A DNA stretch of 64,000 bases from the NCBI GenBank assembly GCA_964390555.1, contig CAYMJU010000125.1, forward strand, positions 53,940-117,939. The letters are read 5' to 3'. Every line of letters begins with the position of its first letter. The stretch's first letter is position 1. Source of the stretch: an uncultured Acidimicrobiales bacterium (GTDB lineage Bacteria > Actinomycetota > Acidimicrobiia > Acidimicrobiales > SHLQ01). Shown in pieces: positions 59,586 through 64,000 of the stretch. A model generated the notes under the pieces. It saw nothing but the letters and a program-made list of their open reading frames with translations. It did no database searches and was not told where the DNA came from. The position numbers and the translations under genes are program-made.

Positions 59586-60611
59586 TCACGAGGGCAGCGG
59601 TACCGACCAGTCGACGACGGTGCCCGTCGGTTGGTGGTGGCCGATGATCAGCCGACCGCCGTGGCGGGCCGCTCGCTCCCCCATGTTCCGCAATCCGTTC
59701 CCACCCGTGCGCTGGCGAACGAGGCCGACCCCGTCGTCGGTCACCACGATCCGTAGCTCACCGTCGCGAACGGACACGCTCACGTCGAGAGTCGATGCCT
59801 CCGCATGGCGAACGACGTTGGAGATCGCTTCCCGGAACGTGTTGAGCAGATCAACCCGTAGCTCGCCGTCGATGAAATCATCGACGGGACCGGAAAGTTG
59901 GAACCGTGGCTCGACGCCCATGAGAACGGCGGCATCTTCGACCACGCTCCGTAGCTCGGCCGAGATCGGTGACGACACGACGCGCGACTTGAGTCGAAAG
60001 ATCGACAGCCGCAGCTCACGAATTGCGTCGTCGAGCTGATCGACGGCGGCGAGCAGCCGGGCCGATGCAGCTTCGGGGACGGTGGCCGCAACCGCCTGGA
60101 GCCCGAGCCCGATCGAGAACAGATGCTGTATCACGGTGTCGTGAAGCTCACCGGCCATGCGCTCGCGCTCGGCGAGCAGGGTCGCAGCCGCGCGGGCTTC
60201 GGCCCGCGCTGTCTCACGTTGAGATTCGAGGGCTTCTCGCTCGGTCACATCTCGGACCGAGGCGACCACGACGACGGTCCCATCGAGATCGCCGGGACTG
60301 AGCGAGATCTCGGCCGGAAAGATAGAGCCGTCAGCCCGGCGGGCGAGCAACCGAATGCCTTGACCCATGGTCCGGACCGCGGGCTCCCGGGCGTACCGCC
60401 GACGGTGGCTCCGGTGTACGCGTCGATCCCGCTCGGGAATCAACTCCTCGACCGGTCGACCGAGCAGGTTCGAACGGTCGTAGCCGAACATCGCCTCGGC
60501 CTGCCGGTTCACGAACACCAGGCGACCCTCGCCGTCACAGACCACGACGGCGTCAGGCGCCGACTCGAGGACCTGCCACCTGTCGTCCCCACCCAGGCTC
60601 TCGACTCGCAC
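59586..60611 (-). CDS. PAS-domain sensor histidine kinase (HisKA_3/NarX-DevS output class), no adjacent regulator
   Basis: 341 aa with a GTG start and no TM segment. It has a PAS core (VVVCDGEGRLVFVNRQAEAMFGY...RRADGSIFPAEISLSP), the H-box ELHDTVIQHLFSIGL, and an ATPase domain with DDGVGL and GNGLRNMGERA. Confidence 0.85.
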   Translation of the reverse strand: MRVESLGGDDRWQVLESAPDAVVVCDGEGRLVFVNRQAEAMFGYDRSNLLGRPVEELIPERDRRVHRSHRRRYAREPAVRTMGQGIRLLARRADGSIFPAEISLSPGDLDGTVVVVASVRDVTEREALESQRETARAEARAAATLLAERERMAGELHDTVIQHLFSIGLGLQAVAATVPEAASARLLAAVDQLDDAIRELRLSIFRLKSRVVSSPISAELRSVVEDAAVLMGVEPRFQLSGPVDDFIDGELRVDLLNTFREAISNVVRHAEASTLDVSVSVRDGELRIVVTDDGVGLVRQRTGGNGLRNMGERAARHGGRLIIGHHQPTGTVVDWSVPLPS

Positions 60612-60678
60612 CCGGCAAGCTTGTCACCGCAGGTGGAACAGCACGAACTTTGCTACTCGACGGCCACCGATTCCGGTT

Positions 60679-60736
60679 TCCGATCGGCCTCTGCCTGCTG
60701 GCTCACGGTGCTCGCTCCGGTTCGTCACGATTGGAT
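60679..60736 (+). repeat. Degenerate third copy (E3) of the interspersed element
   Basis: Three collinear anchors are shared with E1: TCCGATCGG (60679), GCCTGCTGGC (60693) and TCACgATTGGAT (60725). The spacings are 14 and 32 nt, versus 17 and 30 nt in E1. The rest has diverged. Confidence 0.35.
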
Positions 60737-60767
60737 CCAGCGCGGGCGCGGTGACTCGCCACCGCCA

Positions 60768-60781
60768 GGGGCCAAGGTCCG
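60768..60781. promoter_or_regulatory. Candidate DevR/DosR-like operator
   Basis: GGGGCC-AA-GGTCCG. It matches the reverse complement of the 27265 box at 12/14 positions. Confidence 0.4.
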
Positions 60782-60814
60782 ATCCGGCCGGCGTCGGCCG
60801 CCGCGGCCAGCGAC

Positions 60815-60828
60815 AGGACCTAGGTCCC
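60815..60828. promoter_or_regulatory. Candidate DevR/DosR-like operator (best palindrome)
   Basis: AGGACC-TA-GGTCCC. The core GGACCTAGGTCC is a perfect 12-bp palindrome with symmetric flanks cgacag/ctgtcg. It lies about 87 nt upstream of the M50 protease ATG. Confidence 0.5.
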
Positions 60829-60913
60829 TGTCGTCGCGATGTCGCTGACGATCAGATGATCGAGTGACAAAGATGTGCCGGGTCGATCCGACGAACGAGA
60901 GAGGCGGCTCCCG

Positions 60914-62056
60914 ATGAACGGTCTCCTCCTCGGTCGAATCCACGGCATCGCGGTTCGCCTCCATTGGAGCGTGCTGCTCGTCGCCTGGCTGATCGCGTGG
61001 TCGTTGTCGACCGAGGTCCTCCCGGATTCCGCTCCGGGCCGCGCCGACGCCGTGTACTGGTTCACCGGCGCGACCGTCGCCGCAGCGTTCTTCGCCAGCC
61101 TCATCCTTCACGAGCTCGGCCATTCCGTGGTCGCGCAGCGCCGCGGGGTCGAGGTCGAGTCCATCACGTTGTGGTTGCTCGGCGGCCTGGCGTCGCTGGG
61201 ACGGCGCCCGGCACGGGCCGACGACGCGTTGGCGATCGCGGCGGCCGGGCCGCTTGTTAGCGTCGGACTGTCCCTCGGCTTCGCCGTTCTCGCCGGATCG
61301 CTGTCGTCTCTCGGCGGCGCCGACGTCGCGGTGGCCGGCTTGGCATGGCTGGCGGCGATGAACGTCATGCTCGCCCTGTTCAACCTGCTCCCGGCCTACC
61401 CACTCGACGGCGGACGCATCTACCAGGCGTGGACCTGGCGACGAACCGGGGATGACGATGTCGCGACCGACAAAGCGGCCCGGCTCGGGCGGGTAGTCGG
61501 CAGCGGACTCGTCGCGCTCGGCCTGCTCGAGGCAGCGATGATCTCATTCGTCGGCGGGCTGTGGCTCGTGATGATCGGCTTCTTCCTCCGCGAGGCCGGC
61601 CGAGTCGAAGCCGACGCGGCACGGATCGACGATGCGCTCGACACGTACCGGGTTCGCGACGTGATGTCGAGCGCTCCGCTGACGGTGAACATCGAGGGCA
61701 CCCTTGCCGAGGTCGTGCACGGACTGATCCTCGGCGGCCGGCACGCCGCGTACCCGGTACTCGAGCGGAGCGGCGCGCTCGCTGGGCTCCTCACCGTGAA
61801 CCAAGTCCGCCAGGTGGATCCGTCGCGGTGGCCCACCACGCGGATCGGCGAGGTCGCGACGAACATGTCGCACACGCCGGTCGTGTCGTCGACCGACCCG
61901 ATCCGGAACCTGGCCCACGCGCTCTCTCGCTCCCATGAGACGCGATCGCTGGTCGTCGATGACGGGCAGCTGGTCGGCATCGTGTCGCCCTCGGACCTCG
62001 CCCGCCTGCTCACCGCCGTGGACCTCGCGAGCGCAGCGACCGCAATCGGTAATTGA
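60914..62056 (+). CDS. Site-2 (M50) metalloprotease with C-terminal CBS pair (Rv2625c-like)
   Basis: The ORF starts at GTG 60875, but ATG 60914 is preferred (GAGAGAGG RBS). The motifs HELGH and NLLPAYPLDGGR are present, followed by two CBS repeats (VRDVMSS... and LVGIVSPSDLARLL). Confidence 0.85.
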   Translation: MNGLLLGRIHGIAVRLHWSVLLVAWLIAWSLSTEVLPDSAPGRADAVYWFTGATVAAAFFASLILHELGHSVVAQRRGVEVESITLWLLGGLASLGRRPARADDALAIAAAGPLVSVGLSLGFAVLAGSLSSLGGADVAVAGLAWLAAMNVMLALFNLLPAYPLDGGRIYQAWTWRRTGDDDVATDKAARLGRVVGSGLVALGLLEAAMISFVGGLWLVMIGFFLREAGRVEADAARIDDALDTYRVRDVMSSAPLTVNIEGTLAEVVHGLILGGRHAAYPVLERSGALAGLLTVNQVRQVDPSRWPTTRIGEVATNMSHTPVVSSTDPIRNLAHALSRSHETRSLVVDDGQLVGIVSPSDLARLLTAVDLASAATAIGN

Positions 62057-62084
62057 GTTCACCCGAGACTCTGGAGGTCCCGCC

Positions 62085-62516
62085 ATGTCAATCGAAGCCA
62101 CCGCCCCGCTCGACCGCAACGGCATGGCCGTTATCGGGTACGCCGAGTGCTGGAACCTCCTGGGCCAGGTCCCGATCGGCCGGCTGGCGTTCATCGACGC
62201 TGGCGAGATCGTGGTGCTCCCGGTCAACTTCGGACTCGACGGCCATACCGTCGTGTTCCGCACCGCGGGAGGCGCCAAGCTCGACGCCGCAGTACGCGAG
62301 CGAACCGCCACATTTCAGGCCGATCAGTGGGATCCGGTCAACCGTTCAGGTTGGAGCGTTCTGCTGCGCGGGTGGATCGAGGAGGAGATCGACCCCGTCG
62401 TCCTGCGGTGGCTCGAAAACCTCGACATCGAACCATGGGCCGATGCCATCGAACGACCGCGGTGGGTCCGGGTGCGCCCCGCCGAGGTGTCAGGCCGCTT
62501 CATCCCCCGTCACTGA
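62085..62516 (+). CDS. Pyridoxamine 5'-phosphate oxidase-fold (split-barrel flavin/F420-binding) protein
   Basis: 143 aa from ATG 62085 (GGAGG RBS). LLGQVPIGRLAFIDAGEIVVLPVNFGLDGHTVVFRTAGGAKL matches the PPOX-like pattern. Confidence 0.7.
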   Translation: MSIEATAPLDRNGMAVIGYAECWNLLGQVPIGRLAFIDAGEIVVLPVNFGLDGHTVVFRTAGGAKLDAAVRERTATFQADQWDPVNRSGWSVLLRGWIEEEIDPVVLRWLENLDIEPWADAIERPRWVRVRPAEVSGRFIPRH

Positions 62517-63284
62517 TGGTGGGGCGCCGGAGAGGTCGCCCACAGCACGGCCGGCGAGATAGTCGAGCACGGCGACGAAGGCGTCGGTGAGCCGGACTCG
62601 GGCCATGTTCATGTTGGCGACGAATTGCTCGGCCGTGGCGGTGTGGTGGTCGACGAGATCGGTGATCACCTTGAGCCCGAGCACCGGCACGCCGTGAAGC
62701 CCGGCCGCCCACGCCACCGCCGCCGCCTCCATCTCCTTGACCCGACCGTCGACCCGCTCGATCATGACCCGGTCGGCGTCGGACTCGTCGAGCGAGTTGC
62801 CGGTCGTGATCACGCCGACCTGCAGGCCGAGGGCGGCGGCCATGGCCCGCGCGTCGACACCCGGGTAGGAACCGATGCCGTACTCGTCGAAGGCGGGCAT
62901 GGCAATGCGACGGTCGTGATACACGAAGCGGTCGCCGTTCACGAACACGTCGCCGACCTGGGTGCCGTGGCCCTGCCAACCGCCGGCGGTTCCGGCGGTG
63001 ATCACCAGGTCGGGGGCCAGTTCGGTGATTGCCACGTGGGTGTTGAGCACCGCTGGTTGCGAGGCGATGAAATCGACGCCGTGGGTCGGGTCGACGCCGT
63101 TGAGGCTCACGGTGACGTCGATCCCACCGCGCCGGGCGCGGTGCCACCGGAACGGCATCGCCGCGACGTGGGCCGGTAGGTCGATCGGACGGGCATCGAG
63201 GGCGGCGAGGATCGGTTCCGCCTCGATCCGCATGGCCATGATCACGGCGACGCGCTCGATGGGTCGCCGCCCGGTATCACTCAT
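62490..63284 (-). CDS. MTA/SAH nucleosidase-family (PNP_UDP_1) protein
   Basis: ORF 62490-63647 trimmed to ATG 63284. VAVIMAMRIEAEPI, VITAGTAGG and VKEMEAAAVAWAA are nucleosidase motifs. Confidence 0.72.
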   Translation of the reverse strand: MSDTGRRPIERVAVIMAMRIEAEPILAALDARPIDLPAHVAAMPFRWHRARRGGIDVTVSLNGVDPTHGVDFIASQPAVLNTHVAITELAPDLVITAGTAGGWQGHGTQVGDVFVNGDRFVYHDRRIAMPAFDEYGIGSYPGVDARAMAAALGLQVGVITTGNSLDESDADRVMIERVDGRVKEMEAAAVAWAAGLHGVPVLGLKVITDLVDHHTATAEQFVANMNMARVRLTDAFVAVLDYLAGRAVGDLSGAPPSVTGDEAA

Positions 63285-63383
63285 CGGTCGCTCCCCTTCC
63301 CATGGCTTGCAGCATGGTTCAAAGTCGAACCGCCGGGCCAGGCGACTAGAACAGGTCGCCGACCTCGGCCGTAGGCTGAGCCC

Positions 63384-63839
63384 ATGGCGACGATCCGCGT
63401 TTCGACCGTCCTCCCGGCGCCACCAGAACGGGTCTGGGCCGACATCGAGGACATCGCGTCGCACGTCGAGTGGATGGCCGACGCGGTCACGATCGAATTC
63501 TTCACCGACCAGACCCGAGGCGTGGGCACCAGGTTCGACTGCGCGACCCGGATCGGCCCGTTCCGGAGCACCGACACCATGGTGATCACGGAGTGGGAGC
63601 CGGGCCGATCGATCGGCGTCGCCCACACCGGCGCTGTTTCCGGTCAAGGTCGGTTCACATTCGATCCTCTGGGCGCCGACGAGACCGAGTTCACCTGGCA
63701 GGAGTCGCTTCGGTTCCCGTGGTGGATGGGCGGTCGGGCCGGCGCAATCGCCGCGGCGCCAGTCTTCCGTTGGATCTGGCGCCGCAACCTCTCCCGGCTG
63801 CGGGCCCGGTTCGAGGACCGCGGGAGATCAGTTGAGTAG
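63384..63839 (+). CDS. SRPBCC (START/polyketide-cyclase-like) domain protein
   Basis: 151 aa. IRVSTVLPAPPERVWADIEDIASHVEWM is a typical SRPBCC N-terminus. Confidence 0.72.
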   Translation: MATIRVSTVLPAPPERVWADIEDIASHVEWMADAVTIEFFTDQTRGVGTRFDCATRIGPFRSTDTMVITEWEPGRSIGVAHTGAVSGQGRFTFDPLGADETEFTWQESLRFPWWMGGRAGAIAAAPVFRWIWRRNLSRLRARFEDRGRSVE

Positions 63840-64000
63840 CCCGAAGCCGTCGCCGACGAGGGGGTTGGTCCACGTTCCGGCCGCGACCACCGCGGCTGCC
63901 CCGAGGGCGACCGCCAGCACGGCGACGGCAACGGTCGGCGCGTGGCGACCCTTCAGCTGCGCACCACCCTCGTAGTAGATCCACCCGCACGCGAACCCGG
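63828..64000 (-). CDS. C-terminal fragment of a hydrophobic protein (5' part outside window)
   Basis: My translation of the minus strand ending at TGA (complement of 63828-63830) gives ...FACGWIYYEGGAQLKGRHAPTVAVAVLAVALGAAAVVAAGTWTNPLVGDGFGLLN. The frame choice is unverified. Confidence 0.3.
   Translation of the reverse strand, partial: GFACGWIYYEGGAQLKGRHAPTVAVAVLAVALGAAAVVAAGTWTNPLVGDGFGLLN

Overview
This is a high-G+C (by eye about 70%, not computed) actinobacterial-type chromosomal segment. It holds roughly 60 tightly packed genes, many joined by 4-nt ATGA/GTGA stop-start overlaps. I saw no rRNA, tRNA, CRISPR array, transposase or integrase. Bases 1-27 kb are housekeeping: partial metY, a MazF-type toxin-antitoxin pair, ilvBNC with a leader-peptide attenuator, ilvD, gatCAB, NfeD-flotillin, a PASTA Ser/Thr kinase, ligA and mnmA plus a cysteine desulfurase. 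Bases 27-64 kb read as a hypoxia/nitrosative-stress island of the DevR/DosR type. It contains a CBS-DUF1918 gene with a cupredoxin-fused NirK, a MoxR-DUF58-RDD-SpoIIM-like membrane cluster, GH130 plus GT4, and a DevR orthologue with a stand-alone receiver. It also contains two CtpF-like P-type ATPases, carbamate kinase with a cDPGS-like P-loop partner, an FNT channel/PEP synthase/Rv2004c-like kinase operon, and an AcsA/PDH-E1ab/E2/ACP operon with no E3. An orphan PAS histidine kinase and an Rv2625c-like M50-CBS protease complete it. Three observations stand out. (1) An unclassified ~100-nt repeat occurs as two inverted copies (76/82 identical in the core). One copy is inserted in frame (114 nt, bracketed by a perfect 15-bp direct duplication) into the first codons of a P-type ATPase, and a third degenerate copy also exists. 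(2) GGGACC-WW-GGTCCC-like palindromes lie in the island's promoter regions and resemble the mycobacterial DosR box. (3) A PDH-like E1/E2 is translationally coupled to an acyl carrier protein. All calls come from manual reading of the sequence and ORF track. No database search, folding or statistics could be run.
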